32,000 nt of DNA from NCBI GenBank assembly GCA_000025185.1, contig CP001848.1:2370001-2402000 (forward strand), given 5' to 3'. A program made the position numbers and the translations under genes. Numbering within the stretch: position 1 is the stretch's first letter; each line of letters opens with the position of its first letter. The notes beneath the pieces were generated by a model that did not search any database, was not told the origin of the DNA, and saw only the letters and a program-made list of their open reading frames with translations. Below, in pieces: positions 15,350 through 25,021 of the stretch. This DNA comes from Pirellula staleyi DSM 6068. GTDB taxonomy: Bacteria > Planctomycetota > Planctomycetia > Pirellulales > Pirellulaceae.

Positions 15350-16279
15350 TTATTCGGTGATCACATTGCCATCGGCAATGTCGGCCAGATAGCCGAGTGT
15401 GGTGCTGTTGATCGTCACGCTGACAGTCTTCACGCTGCCGTCGATCATCACGAACTGACAAACGCCGGGATGAAAACTGCCGAAGCGATTCGTCAGGTTA
15501 TCCTTCGGCGTGCGGGCGAGTGTCAGGCTCGGTCCAGCACCTCGATAAGCACATCCCTTGTCGCCGTTGTAGGTCGAGCAGTCGCCACCAAACTTGCCAA
15601 AGTTGCCGGCCTGCACATGCTTCTCGCCCACCATGAAGGTGTTGCTGGTGCCGTCGGTCACGCTCGCCATGTTGTTGCCCGGCAGCAGCTGGCCAAAGCC
15701 GGCGTTGCTCCAGTTGTTCGACAACTTGAAGAGCCCACGATTCGGTGTATTCGCGGACCCATCTTGATTGGTGCTCCACCAGTAATCGCTTCCCGTCGAA
15801 CCGACCGAGCAGGCGTAGTCGGCGCAAGCGCCGGGAACATGGGCGTTGCTGGTGTTGTCTTGCACGTCGTTGGTGATGCTCACGCTCCCACCCATTACAG
15901 CGGTGCGGCGACTGGGGCAGAAATAAGCGTTCACCGTGGTCGTGCGAGCCACCAGCGTTTGGCCATAGTACGACGTGTTCAGCTTCCACTGATCGTGCAG
16001 TGTCTTCTGCTCCATGAACGGCAGAATATCGACCGCCCAGGTGTAGCGGTTATCGACGCGGCTGTTGGGGAAGGTTTGCAGCGTATCGTGATGGTTGTGC
16101 ATCGCGATGCCGAGCTGCTTCAGGTTATTTTGGCACTGCATACGGCGTGCGGCTTCGCGCGCTGACTGAACCGCGGGCAACAGCAGCGCGACGAGCACCC
16201 CAATAATGGCGATGACGACGAGAAGTTCGACGAGGGTGAAACCTTGGGGCTTTCGGCTCCGATACGGGTGCGTTACCAT
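15350..16279 (-). CDS. DUF1559 protein with prepilin-type N-terminal cleavage/methylation domain (H-X9-DG family)
   Basis: [53 protein letters not shown] is the canonical planctomycete DUF1559 N-terminus. C-terminal FVMIDGSV motif is present. Confidence 0.9.
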   Translation of the reverse strand: MVTHPYRSRKPQGFTLVELLVVIAIIGVLVALLLPAVQSAREAARRMQCQNNLKQLGIAMHNHHDTLQTFPNSRVDNRYTWAVDILPFMEQKTLHDQWKLNTSYYGQTLVARTTTVNAYFCPSRRTAVMGGSVSITNDVQDNTSNAHVPGACADYACSVGSTGSDYWWSTNQDGSANTPNRGLFKLSNNWSNAGFGQLLPGNNMASVTDGTSNTFMVGEKHVQAGNFGKFGGDCSTYNGDKGCAYRGAGPSLTLARTPKDNLTNRFGSFHPGVCQFVMIDGSVKTVSVTINSTTLGYLADIADGNVITE

Positions 16280-16438
16280 CGGTCTGACTCGGCTGAAAAA
16301 TACTTCGGATCGGGGAAAGTGACGCGTTGGCGTCCAGTAACGACAGATTAATGGCCAGTGAACCGCCTTAGGCCCGTCTCGTAGACTAGAGATTGCTCTG
16401 CAGGTTCGTCAATCCAAAAACCCCCAAAATGGTTGAGA

Positions 16439-16924
16439 ATGATGCAAATAGGCAACATGCTGCTAAGCTTCGCTAGCGCCCGATTGGGGCCCGGCGATTC
16501 TGCGAAAGGTGTCGCTGCGTGGCTGCTGTTAGTCGCCGCTTTTAGTAGCTTTGTGGGGTGTGGTTCGGGGGGCTATATCCCGGTGACTGGTCGCGTGGTC
16601 GATCGTGAGGGACAGCCGATCACGGGGCTCGAGGGGGCTCAAATCGAGTTCGAGTCGGTCGAAAAGCCGATCTCTTCGGTTGGCGAGATCCAGGCAGATG
16701 GCCGGTTCGAGCTGATCACCGCCAATCCGGGCGATGGGGCGGTGGCTGGCAAGCACCGCGTGCTGATCGCGCGGAAGTATTTTGATCCCGAGCGAGCTGC
16801 TCCGCGCGTCATCGCCGAGCGCTACGAAAGTTTCGAGACCTCAGGCCTGGAAGCCGACATTTCCCCCGAGAATCACCATTTCGAATTCAAACTCGATCTC
16901 TATGGCGCACCGACCGGTCCGTAA
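16439..16924 (+). CDS. lipoprotein with carboxypeptidase-regulatory-like (beta-sandwich) domain
   Basis: Hydrophobic leader ending in FVGC (lipobox-like), then VTGRVVDREGQPITGL...GRFEL...GKHRVLI, typical of the small lipoproteins next to DUF1559 genes. The start is ambiguous (ATG 16439, 16442 or 16457). Confidence 0.65.
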   Translation: MMQIGNMLLSFASARLGPGDSAKGVAAWLLLVAAFSSFVGCGSGGYIPVTGRVVDREGQPITGLEGAQIEFESVEKPISSVGEIQADGRFELITANPGDGAVAGKHRVLIARKYFDPERAAPRVIAERYESFETSGLEADISPENHHFEFKLDLYGAPTGP

Positions 16925-17063
16925 TAGTTGACGACTGCAGCGGCCAGTAGCACCCACAGACCATTGCAGTCCGTGTGAAGTTTTCTCCCACTTTGCAAGC
17001 GATCAGTTTGACCAGCGAATAGACTGCTGGCCGAACAAAACCTCTCTCTGCCTAGGAGCCGAC

Positions 17064-17474
17064 ATGCGAACAATCACCTTACTTGCGCTCCTCACGCTCG
17101 TTGGTTGCAGCGGGCCTGCTGCCCCTGCGATTCCGCCTACGGCCGGAGACTTCGTCAAAGTCGAAGATGGTGTTGGGAGCGCGCGAGCTTTTGGGATCGA
17201 CTTTTTCGCACCCGTGAATGAGGATGGCGCAACCACCGAAGCTGCCATCGATGCCAATCTCACCGATCCTCAGCAATCAAGTGCCTCGAAGCGTTTTACT
17301 TTGGGTGACGATATCGCGATTGAACTCCAAAGCATCGATGCCTCGAAAGTTCAATTCCGCTTCAATGGGCAAGATTTTGGTACGCTCGATGTCGGGGACA
17401 AAGTAGTGATCGATGATGAGCGAAACGTGGATGTCAACGGAACTCCACGGTCCCCCAAATCGGCAGCGAAATAA
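17064..17474 (+). CDS. hypothetical lipoprotein (136 aa)
   Basis: MRTITLLALLTLVGCSG is a classic signal peptide with an LVGC lipobox. An AGGAG RBS lies at 17054-17058. Confidence 0.65.
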   Translation: MRTITLLALLTLVGCSGPAAPAIPPTAGDFVKVEDGVGSARAFGIDFFAPVNEDGATTEAAIDANLTDPQQSSASKRFTLGDDIAIELQSIDASKVQFRFNGQDFGTLDVGDKVVIDDERNVDVNGTPRSPKSAAK

Positions 17475-17582
17475 CGGTGCCATCCGTTCACGCAGATTCT
17501 CCCCAAAAACAAGTCGCTGCGCGCGGAGTCATCGCCCGGTAAGCGCTTGCTGCTCGCTCAACCAGCGTGTCGCCTCAGGAAA

Positions 17583-18725
17583 CTATGCCTGACGCGCTGC
17601 TGCGGCGAGTAGCTCGGTTTTCAGCAGCCGAGCGGCGGTGGCGGGATCAGCGGCGCTGCTCACGGCGGCACTCACAGCCACTCGCGAGAATCCGGCCGCC
17701 GTCACTTGGGGCAAATTCTCGAGCGTAATGCCGCCGATGGCAAAAGCGGGCAACTGAATCTCAGCTGCCACTTGCGCCAGGAACTCAGTCCCGACGAAGC
17801 TTCCAAATTGCTTGGTATTCGAGGGAAAAACAGGGCCGCAGCCGATGTAGCTCGCACCATCGAGCACCGCTTGCCGGGCCTGCTCGATCGAGTGGGTGGA
17901 AACGCCAACCAGCATCTCGGGTCCGACGATTTTTCGCACCGCATCGACCGGCAATTCATCCTGCCCCACATGCACCCCGTCGAGCCGCGCCAGGAGTGCC
18001 AGATCGGGGCGGTCGTTCATCACCAGCAAGGGGCGCTCGGCAGTTTCCTCCGCACCAGCGGGAGCAAATTGCTCGACCAGGCTTTTCAGGAGCTGGGCTT
18101 TCTCGAGGAGTTGGCGATCGGTGAGCCGCTTGTCGCGCAGCTGAAGCACGTCGACACGCGCCTCGACCAGCATCCGCACGAGCGAGGCAAACTCCGCGTC
18201 GCTCGCTCGGCCGTCGATCAGCACATACAGCAGGCGCTTGGCCATCTGCTGGCGATGGTGGTCGGTCAGCAGCATGGCGCGGGCCAAGGTGTAGGCGCGA
18301 TAGCGGAGCTGTTTCGCGGCGGCACTTAGCTGCGGATATCCGAGCTTGGCATACTCCTCAATCGCGCGGAGCGATTGCTCGACCCGTTTGGTGCTCGCAA
18401 TCACGACGTCTAAGATCCCTGCGCGCGTTTTCTCGCTCCCCAGCGTCACGCCGGTTCCCACATCCCGAAGTGTCTCGCGAGCTTTTGCCAAGGTTTCAGG
18501 AGAAATGCCAGCAGCAAGATGGCCTATGTCGTGGCGGATCTCTTTGGCATTTTGGGCAAGATGGCGATCTTCCAGGGCAAAGCGGCAGTATTCTTCGACC
18601 ACGCGCAGCCCCTCGCTTACGCGGTTGAAATTGGCATCGAGAATGCGCAGCGCCGCGAGTTGCTCGCCGGAGCTTGGCGGCAGATTGGGCCTGTGGTCGT
18701 CGCCACTATTTTTGTCGTAAGTCAC
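17583..18725 (-). CDS. thiE: thiamine-phosphate synthase with an N-terminal ThiD2-like extension
   Basis: The C-terminal approximately 210 aa carry ThiE blocks (LLYVLIDG, VDVLQLRDK, LLVMNDRPDLA, GVHVGQDELP, VGVSTHS, YIGCGPVFPSNTK, FAIGGI). The N-terminal approximately 160 aa (LRILDANFNRVSEGLRVVEEYCRF...) resemble the domain fused to ThiE in some phyla. The start is an apparent GTG. Confidence 0.88.
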   Translation of the reverse strand: MTYDKNSGDDHRPNLPPSSGEQLAALRILDANFNRVSEGLRVVEEYCRFALEDRHLAQNAKEIRHDIGHLAAGISPETLAKARETLRDVGTGVTLGSEKTRAGILDVVIASTKRVEQSLRAIEEYAKLGYPQLSAAAKQLRYRAYTLARAMLLTDHHRQQMAKRLLYVLIDGRASDAEFASLVRMLVEARVDVLQLRDKRLTDRQLLEKAQLLKSLVEQFAPAGAEETAERPLLVMNDRPDLALLARLDGVHVGQDELPVDAVRKIVGPEMLVGVSTHSIEQARQAVLDGASYIGCGPVFPSNTKQFGSFVGTEFLAQVAAEIQLPAFAIGGITLENLPQVTAAGFSRVAVSAAVSSAADPATAARLLKTELLAAAARQA

Positions 18726-19072
18726 TGCGATATCTCGGGGAATAAGGGGCTGGCGTCATTCGCAGCGCCGCTGCTGAGGACTGCCGGAATCGTTTGGCCC
18801 AGGCTTTGCATCTTACGCTGATCAACTTCCGCTCACCTCCCAATTTGGCAGGCGAGCGGAGTTGAAACCAGCACAGCGGCGCGGCCTGCTAGCGGTCACT
18901 GCCACCAAGAGGCAGTTCTGCGGAGCTCGTCTGGTTTCCGCTAACTGATCGTAACTCCATCGTAGAAATCGACTTGCCTTGCTTGAAAGGGCCCCAAACG
19001 GTAGACTCCCCCTGCTGGGTCGTCTCCGCACTCGTGGTGCCCAGCGGCAAGGAAGCCAGGGCGATATAACGC

Positions 19073-19738
19073 ATGCAATCGGGCCTCGGGATGACGTGGA
19101 TTTGGCCAGGACTCTCGCGTCTATGGACGCGTGGAGAGTGGGCCGGTCTTGTTTTGGCCGTCGCCTTTGCCACCTCGCTCAACCTGGCTCTGGTCGCCAC
19201 ATTCGTCTGGCCCGAGCTCCTCTCGCGTCAGATTTCTCCGATTGTAACGATCACAGCGGCTTGGGTTTTAGTCGTTGGCTTTTGGATCGTCGGCTGGATG
19301 GACTTTCGCAATCAGCGGGCCAAACTTCCAGTACAGCAAACCCCCGCGGAGATCGCTACCGCTACGGACCGGCTGAGGCAGGCGCAGCGTGAGTACTTGC
19401 GCGGCCAGTATGCACTCGCCGAGCAAACGATCCGCTCGGCACTGACTCCGAAAACACCCGATGTCGAACTCGCTTTGATGCTGGTCGCGATTTTGCGTCG
19501 CACCGGTCGCCGAGCTGAGGGACTTCGGTGGATCGATAAACTGATCGGCATGCCCGGCGCAGCACGCTGGGTCGCCGAAATAGAACACGAACAAAAACAG
19601 TTGCACGCACTCACCGACGACAGCCAGCCGCCCACCGGCGAACTTGCGAGTCACGGCCTGCGTCCTGAAGAGAACAGCCCACTTGTCGAGCAGCAGAATC
19701 AGCCAGCTTCCTCACCGCCGCGATCGAAAGCGGCTTAA
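19073..19738 (+). CDS. hypothetical membrane protein (2-3 TM helices, TPR-like C-terminal helix pair)
   Basis: ATG ORF. TM segments are WAGLVLAVAFATSLNLALVATFVW and IVTITAAWVLVVGFWIVGWM. No family assigned. Confidence 0.6.
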   Translation: MQSGLGMTWIWPGLSRLWTRGEWAGLVLAVAFATSLNLALVATFVWPELLSRQISPIVTITAAWVLVVGFWIVGWMDFRNQRAKLPVQQTPAEIATATDRLRQAQREYLRGQYALAEQTIRSALTPKTPDVELALMLVAILRRTGRRAEGLRWIDKLIGMPGAARWVAEIEHEQKQLHALTDDSQPPTGELASHGLRPEENSPLVEQQNQPASSPPRSKAA

Positions 19739-19984
19739 CGGAAGCGAGCCAGCGAGGTCGTCTACTTGAGTCGACTCGCTACAATTCAGACAATGCAGTT
19801 AGGTTGCGACCTGCAGCGTTGTGCAGAGCAGTCAGACAAGCTGGGATGGAAACGAAGAAAAATCAACCACGAAGATCGTTGGCTGAAGTGTCGGTAGGGA
19901 ACCAAACGTTGTTCAGGTAACAGATCGCAGGTTTCGGGCGGCGACTGCCGAGTCGTCCGAGGTCGATCCTAGGGGAAAACACCC

Positions 19985-22543
19985 ATGTATGAACGTTTTA
20001 CGGACCGCGCTCGCAAGGTTATGCAACTTGCGAATCAAGAAGCACAGCGGTTCAACCACGAATACATCGGCACCGAGCACATCCTGCTTGGTCTGGTGAA
20101 AGAAGGTAGTGGTGTTGCCGCCAACGTGCTGAAGAATCTTGATGTCGATTTGCGCAAGATTCGCCTCGAAGTGGAAAAGCTCGTCCAAAGTGGCCCCGAA
20201 ATGGTCACCATGGGCAAGCTGCCACAAACGCCGCGTGCCAAAAAGGTCATCGAATATTCGATGGAAGAGGCACGCAACCTGAACCACAACTACGTCGGCA
20301 CCGAGCACATCCTGCTGGGACTTTTGCGCGAGCAAGAGGGTGTCGCCGCCCAAGTGCTGATGAACCTCGGCCTGAAACTCGAAGAAGTTCGCGAAGAGGT
20401 GCTGAACCTCCTCGGTCACGGACTCGAAGGGGAATCGACCGGCGAACGTGGCGGTCGCGAAGGAGTCGGTGTGGGTGGTCAGTCGGGCGAACAGCAAGCC
20501 GCTGGTCGGGGTAGCAAAAGCAAAACCCCTGCGCTCGACAGCTTTGGCCGCGATCTCACCGAACTCGCTCGTCAAAATAAACTCGATCCGGTCATCGGCC
20601 GCGAACGCGAAATCGAACGGGCCATCCAGGTCCTCTGCCGCCGGACGAAAAACAATCCTGTACTGCTCGGTGAAGCAGGTGTCGGCAAAACGGCCATCGT
20701 CGAAGGCTTCGCCCAGCGCGTGGTCGCCGGCAGTGTTCCTGAAATTCTGGCCGACAAACGAATCGTGGTCCTCGACCTCGCCATGATGGTCGCTGGCACC
20801 AAGTATCGCGGTCAGTTCGAAGAACGTATCAAGGCGGTGATGAACGAAGTTCGTCGCGCTCGCAACACGATCTTGTTCATCGACGAACTCCATACCCTCG
20901 TCGGAGCCGGTGGTGCTGAAGGTGCCATCGACGCCGCGAACGTTCTGAAGCCAGCCCTCGCACGTGGCGAAATCCAGTGCATCGGCGCGACGACGCTCGA
21001 CGAATACCGCAAGTACATCGAAAAAGATGCCGCTCTTGCGCGTCGTTTCCAAGAGATCATTGTCGAACCGACGAGCAAGGACGAAACGGTCGAGATCCTC
21101 AAGGGTCTGCGCGAGAAGTACGAAGACCACCATCGCGTGCAAATCACCGACGATGCCCTCGTCGCTGCTGCCGAGTACAGCGAACGCTATATCACCGCTC
21201 GCTGCTTGCCCGATAAGGCGATCGACGTCATCGACGAAGCAGGCGCTCGTGTCCGTCTGCGGGCCATGACTCGTCCACCAGATCTCAAAGAGATCGACGA
21301 CGAAGTCGAACGCCTCAACAAAGAAAAAGAAGAAGCTGTTGCCAATCAAGATTTTGAAAAGGCAGCCGCTCTTCGCGATCAAGCCGACAAGCTGAAGCGC
21401 AAGAAAGACAACATCACCAAGGAATGGCGCGACAAATCGCGCGAGACCGATGGTGTGGTCGACGAAGAAGTGATTGCCGAAGTGGTCAGCAAGATGACCG
21501 GCATTCCGCTCACGCGCATGAGCACCGAAGACAGCTTGCGTCTGATGAAGATGGAAGAAGAGCTGCACAAGAAGGTGATCAGCCAAGATCAGGCCGTCAC
21601 CGCGATTGCCAAGGCGGTCCGTCGTACGCGGAGCGGTCTCAAAGACCCACGTCGTCCTGCCGGCTGCTTTGTGTTCGCTGGTCCGACCGGTGTTGGTAAG
21701 ACGCTGCTGGCCAAGGCACTCGCCGAATTCATGTTTGGCGATGCCGACGCGCTCATTCAAATCGATATGAGCGAGTACATGGAAAAGCACAACGTCAGCC
21801 GACTGATCGGTGCTCCTCCCGGCTATGTGGGCTACGAAGAAGGTGGCCAGCTGACCGAGAAGATCCGTCGTCGTCCTTACGCGGTGGTGCTGCTCGACGA
21901 AATCGAAAAAGCCCATCCCGACGTCTTCAATACCCTGCTGCAAGTGATGGAAGAAGGCCGTTTGACCGACAGCTTCGGTCGCCGCGTCGACTTCCGCAAC
22001 GTCATCCTCATCATGACGACCAACGCAGGTGCTGAAGCGATCAAGAACGAATCGGACTTTGGTTTCCGCCAAGGTGATACCGACGCTTCGTACGACGGCA
22101 TGAAGGCTCGCGTGATGGACCGCATCGAACGTGTGTTCCGTCCGGAGTTCCTCAACCGTCTCGACGACGTGATCGTGTTCCAGCACCTGACCAAGGACAA
22201 CCTGAAGCTGGTGATCGATCTCGAATTGCTCAAGGTTCGTCAACGTCTGGCCGAGCGTGGTTTGCAGCTCGAACTGACCGACACGGCCAAAGAGTTCATC
22301 ATCAAGAAGGGTTCGAATACCGATTTCGGTGCTCGTCCGCTTCGTCGCGCGGTGGAAAATTACATCGAAGATCCGCTGGCCGAAGAACTCCTCAAGGGAG
22401 AGTTCCAAGGAAAGGATTTGATCCAAGTCGACGCCATCCGCGACGACGAAGGAAAACTCCGCCGGCTCGACTTCAAGGGTGTCACCACCTCAGCTGCTCC
22501 CGTCGCCGCCGCTCCCAGCAGCAGCGAATCACAGCCGAGCTAA
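19985..22543 (+). CDS. clpC: ATP-dependent Clp protease ATP-binding subunit ClpC (class I AAA+)
   Basis: Clp_N repeats ([37 protein letters not shown]...). Two Walker A sites ([16 protein letters not shown]). UVR-like linker ([16 protein letters not shown]). Sensor motif GARPLRR is present. Confidence 0.95.
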   Translation: MYERFTDRARKVMQLANQEAQRFNHEYIGTEHILLGLVKEGSGVAANVLKNLDVDLRKIRLEVEKLVQSGPEMVTMGKLPQTPRAKKVIEYSMEEARNLNHNYVGTEHILLGLLREQEGVAAQVLMNLGLKLEEVREEVLNLLGHGLEGESTGERGGREGVGVGGQSGEQQAAGRGSKSKTPALDSFGRDLTELARQNKLDPVIGREREIERAIQVLCRRTKNNPVLLGEAGVGKTAIVEGFAQRVVAGSVPEILADKRIVVLDLAMMVAGTKYRGQFEERIKAVMNEVRRARNTILFIDELHTLVGAGGAEGAIDAANVLKPALARGEIQCIGATTLDEYRKYIEKDAALARRFQEIIVEPTSKDETVEILKGLREKYEDHHRVQITDDALVAAAEYSERYITARCLPDKAIDVIDEAGARVRLRAMTRPPDLKEIDDEVERLNKEKEEAVANQDFEKAAALRDQADKLKRKKDNITKEWRDKSRETDGVVDEEVIAEVVSKMTGIPLTRMSTEDSLRLMKMEEELHKKVISQDQAVTAIAKAVRRTRSGLKDPRRPAGCFVFAGPTGVGKTLLAKALAEFMFGDADALIQIDMSEYMEKHNVSRLIGAPPGYVGYEEGGQLTEKIRRRPYAVVLLDEIEKAHPDVFNTLLQVMEEGRLTDSFGRRVDFRNVILIMTTNAGAEAIKNESDFGFRQGDTDASYDGMKARVMDRIERVFRPEFLNRLDDVIVFQHLTKDNLKLVIDLELLKVRQRLAERGLQLELTDTAKEFIIKKGSNTDFGARPLRRAVENYIEDPLAEELLKGEFQGKDLIQVDAIRDDEGKLRRLDFKGVTTSAAPVAAAPSSSESQPS

Positions 22544-22552
22544 TGGATGAAA

Positions 22553-22573
22553 GTAGGGCCGGTTTCGCCGGCC
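22553..22573 (+). repeat. family C REP-like element (GTAGG GCCGG/tttcg/CCGGC C)
   Basis: GTAGG head plus hairpin, 10 nt after the clpC stop. Confidence 0.8.
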
Positions 22574-22626
22574 TGAAAAACCAAGGTTGATCGCCACGCG
22601 ATCCACTGAATTTTGATAAACCCCAG

Positions 22627-22661
22627 ACCGCCGCGAGCCCTCAAACTCGTGGCGGTTTTTT
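22627..22661 (+). terminator. Rho-independent terminator of clpC
   Basis: ACCGCCGCGAG (22627-37) pairs with CTCGTGGCGGT (22646-56): 11 bp with one G-T pair and an 8-nt loop. A run of six T follows (22656-22661). Confidence 0.7.
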
Positions 22662-22711
22662 CATGCGCCGCCACCTGTAAACGCACGCCGTGCGTGTGGT
22701 ATGCCATCCGT

Positions 22712-22737
22712 GTAGTGGCCGGTGCAGCCGGCCCTAC
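22712..22737. repeat. family C REP-like element, symmetric form (GTAGtGGCCGG/tgcag/CCGGCCCTAC)
   Basis: GTAG...CTAC flank a GGCCGG/CCGGCC stem. Confidence 0.8.
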
Positions 22738-22752
22738 AAGCGGCCACTTGCC

Positions 22753-22773
22753 GTAGGGCCGGTTTTACCGGCC
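22753..22773 (+). repeat. family C REP-like element (GTAGG GCCGGT/ttt/ACCGGC C)
   Basis: GTAGG head and a 7-bp stem. Confidence 0.8.
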
Positions 22774-22790
22774 GAGCAATTAACAGCAGA

Positions 22791-22830
22791 TCACATGCTC
22801 TTGCTGCTGCGCGACAAGAGCATGGCACCG
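22791..22830 (-). repeat. family A-short palindromic element (reverse)
   Basis: Its reverse complement is 38/40 identical to 27343-27382. The stem is CATGCTCTTG/CAAGAGCATG and the loop is the conserved TCGCGCAGCAG. Confidence 0.9.
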
Positions 22831-22875
22831 AGGCGCATGGTACCCAGGCATATGGCACCCAGGCGCATTTGTGCC
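22816..22875 (+). repeat. tandem 15-bp repeat x4 derived from the family A head
   Basis: The in-phase units are AAGAGCATGGCACCG, AGGCGCATGGTACCC, AGGCATATGGCACCC and AGGCGCATTTGTGCC. Confidence 0.8.
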
Positions 22876-22922
22876 TGATGTGGGGATGTCCCACTAACGT
22901 TGCATGCGTCGAGATCACACCG

Positions 22923-22948
22923 GTAGTGGCCGGTGGAACCGGCCCTAC
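22923..22948. repeat. family C REP-like element, symmetric form (GTAGtGGCCGGT/gga/ACCGGCCCTAC)
   Basis: Same architecture as 22712-22737. Its reverse complement resembles 27322-27344. Confidence 0.8.
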
Positions 22949-22976
22949 GATAAGTGTTGGGACTTCGCGAGAGCGA

Positions 22977-24728
22977 TTAGGGATTCGCTAAATCGGCCGG
23001 GATGCCGTCTGCGGGAGCAGCGGCGGGTGCTGCTGCAGGGGCAGCAGCAGGAGCCACAGGGGCTGCTGCTGGGGGAACTGCCGCCGGTGGAGCGGCGGGG
23101 ACTTCGAGGTCCTCGGTGACTGCTGCAGCGGCAGCAGGGGCACGTGCCGGGGCGGCTGGAGCCGCTGGCAGATCGTCGAGATCGGCCGGAGCCGGAGCTG
23201 CCGGGGCCGGTGCCAAACGGGCTGCGACGGGAGCGACTGCCTTCAGTTCGGCACGCATCTCTTTGTCGATCGTTTCGAGGTACAGATCGGGCTTCTCGAC
23301 CACCGCGATCAGCCGCTTCACGGCGGTCGCTGCTTCGTCGACAATTTTCTTATCGGCAGGCGTCTTGGCGATGTTCTTCATCCCTCGCGTCGGCGCGGCG
23401 ACATTGGCGCGATCTTCGGGGTCTCCTTCGAGGGCAATTTGCACGTGATACAGGTCGTAGCGAATCCGCTTACGAGCCCCTTCGACGCGATAGTTCTTCG
23501 GGTCGAGCGAAGCGGGATCGATCGGGGCGGCACCTGGCATTCCAGGCATACCGCTACCAGGCATCATGCCGGGCATCATTCCTGGCATCATCCCAGGCAT
23601 GCTGCTGCTAGGCATCATCCCTTCAGCGCCGTAGCCCGACATGCCAGCCTGACCGCTCATGTAGAGCTGTTGTTCTTTTTCGTTCTTCTTGAGGTTCGCC
23701 AGACGATCGATTTCGCCGGTCGCCGAGGCGATGGCGAGAGTCATCAGCTGACCGGCGACTTCGGAAATCGGCAGCGTGACTGGTGCGACGTAGTTCGAAC
23801 GTCCAATGGCATCGGCTGCTTGCAAACGAATCGCGAGAGGCTCGGTGTTGTCCGACAAAGTCTTCAGGAACAGGTCAGCGGTGGGCTGAGCGATTTTCAT
23901 GTAACTGGCGTTGGCCAGGGCCTCGATCGCGCGGCGACGGAGCCAATGATGACCACCCGCATCGCGACCGACAGGGACCTTTTTATCAGCAGCAACTGCC
24001 AGCAGGGCGGTCATCGCTTCGGTCCGAATCGAGGCTGGAATCTGCGTGTTCTGAGCGCGGAAGTTATCCCACAGCATGTGCCGGCTGATCCCCAGCAGCG
24101 CTGCGGTGCGAACCGCGTCGTTCTCGCCGTTTTTCAGTTGATCGATCATGAACGGCAGCGCTTTGGTGTGCGGTTCGGGGATCGACTTCGAGGCCCCCAC
24201 GCGCACCACTTCGGTGTCGTTGAGGCTGCCGATGATCAGCATCGCGTTGTAGCGGACTGCTGGATGAAAATTCCCCTTCACCACCGGCTGCAGCTCGGTG
24301 AGGGTGAGCGCCACCAGGTGGTTGTGTGCGTTGGTGTCTTTGGCCGATTCCAAATGGTCGCGGAGAAATCGGATACGTTCGTTGGGGAGGTTCTGCAGCG
24401 CCTCTTGCGAGGTTTGCGTGAGACGTGGGAAATAGAACTTCGAGTAATAGCCGTCGAAGATCACCAGGTAGTCGTTGAGAGGTGTCTTCCCTTCCAGTAC
24501 ACCCTTCACCTGGTTCCAAATCTGGCTCTCTTTGGTCTTGCTCGAGGCGAGGGTCGGATTGATGGGAAGCAGTGCGTAGCCGTTTTCGTCTTCCGCAGCC
24601 GCCGCTGGTGCGGGACGAGCAGGTGCTGCTGCCGGTGGCATCGGATCGGCAGCTTCCTGTCCCCAAACGGGATTAGCCAGAACCGCAGCAACAAGCCAAG
24701 GCGCGAGTGTGCGAATTGGGCGTGGCAT
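22977..24728 (-). CDS. secreted HEAT/armadillo-like repeat protein with Pro/Ala-rich termini and an internal (M)MPG repeat
   Basis: Signal peptide MPRPIRTLAPWLVAAVLANPVWGQE. Helical repeats (AVRTAALLGISRH, RRRAIEALANAS, AIRLQAADAIGRS). SMPGMMPGMMPGMMPGSGMPGMPG is also present. Start placed at ATG 24728 rather than GTG 24746. The opposite-strand 444-aa ORF is His/Arg-rich nonsense. Confidence 0.75.
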   Translation of the reverse strand: MPRPIRTLAPWLVAAVLANPVWGQEAADPMPPAAAPARPAPAAAAEDENGYALLPINPTLASSKTKESQIWNQVKGVLEGKTPLNDYLVIFDGYYSKFYFPRLTQTSQEALQNLPNERIRFLRDHLESAKDTNAHNHLVALTLTELQPVVKGNFHPAVRYNAMLIIGSLNDTEVVRVGASKSIPEPHTKALPFMIDQLKNGENDAVRTAALLGISRHMLWDNFRAQNTQIPASIRTEAMTALLAVAADKKVPVGRDAGGHHWLRRRAIEALANASYMKIAQPTADLFLKTLSDNTEPLAIRLQAADAIGRSNYVAPVTLPISEVAGQLMTLAIASATGEIDRLANLKKNEKEQQLYMSGQAGMSGYGAEGMMPSSSMPGMMPGMMPGMMPGSGMPGMPGAAPIDPASLDPKNYRVEGARKRIRYDLYHVQIALEGDPEDRANVAAPTRGMKNIAKTPADKKIVDEAATAVKRLIAVVEKPDLYLETIDKEMRAELKAVAPVAARLAPAPAAPAPADLDDLPAAPAAPARAPAAAAAVTEDLEVPAAPPAAVPPAAAPVAPAAAPAAAPAAAPADGIPADLANP

Positions 24729-25021
24729 GATCACTTTTCTTTCCACATGACAACCTTGTCGTCTGCCCCGTGAACGAAATCACTGGTACGCAAGATTAGC
24801 GAGAAGTTGCAAACCGAGAGGAGAGGGAACGTTTGCAGGCGGATTGCTGCCAACTTCCCTAGCTTCACTATCCGCAAGATTGGTGGCAGTGTCAATCTTT
24901 CCTGGGTCACAAGCGGGTCACGCACGCTAATTTGTAGCGGCGGAATAACCGGCAGAATGGTCGCAGCCTGCTGTCAGGGGGACGTAAGGGAGCTGGACGA
25001 GCCCACGAAAGCCCCGCAGAG

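Noticed and set aside
19913-22426. 837-aa ORF antisense to clpC
   Set aside because: This is a typical long shadow ORF on a high-GC gene. Its product has no motifs and a skewed composition (F/V/H/D/L-rich mirror of ClpC codons). The sense strand encodes an unmistakable ClpC.
23439-24773. 444-aa + strand ORF opposite the secreted HEAT-like gene
   Set aside because: The translation is low-complexity His/Arg/Gly (HHAGHHSWHHPRHAAARHHP). The minus-strand product has a signal peptide and ordered helical repeats.
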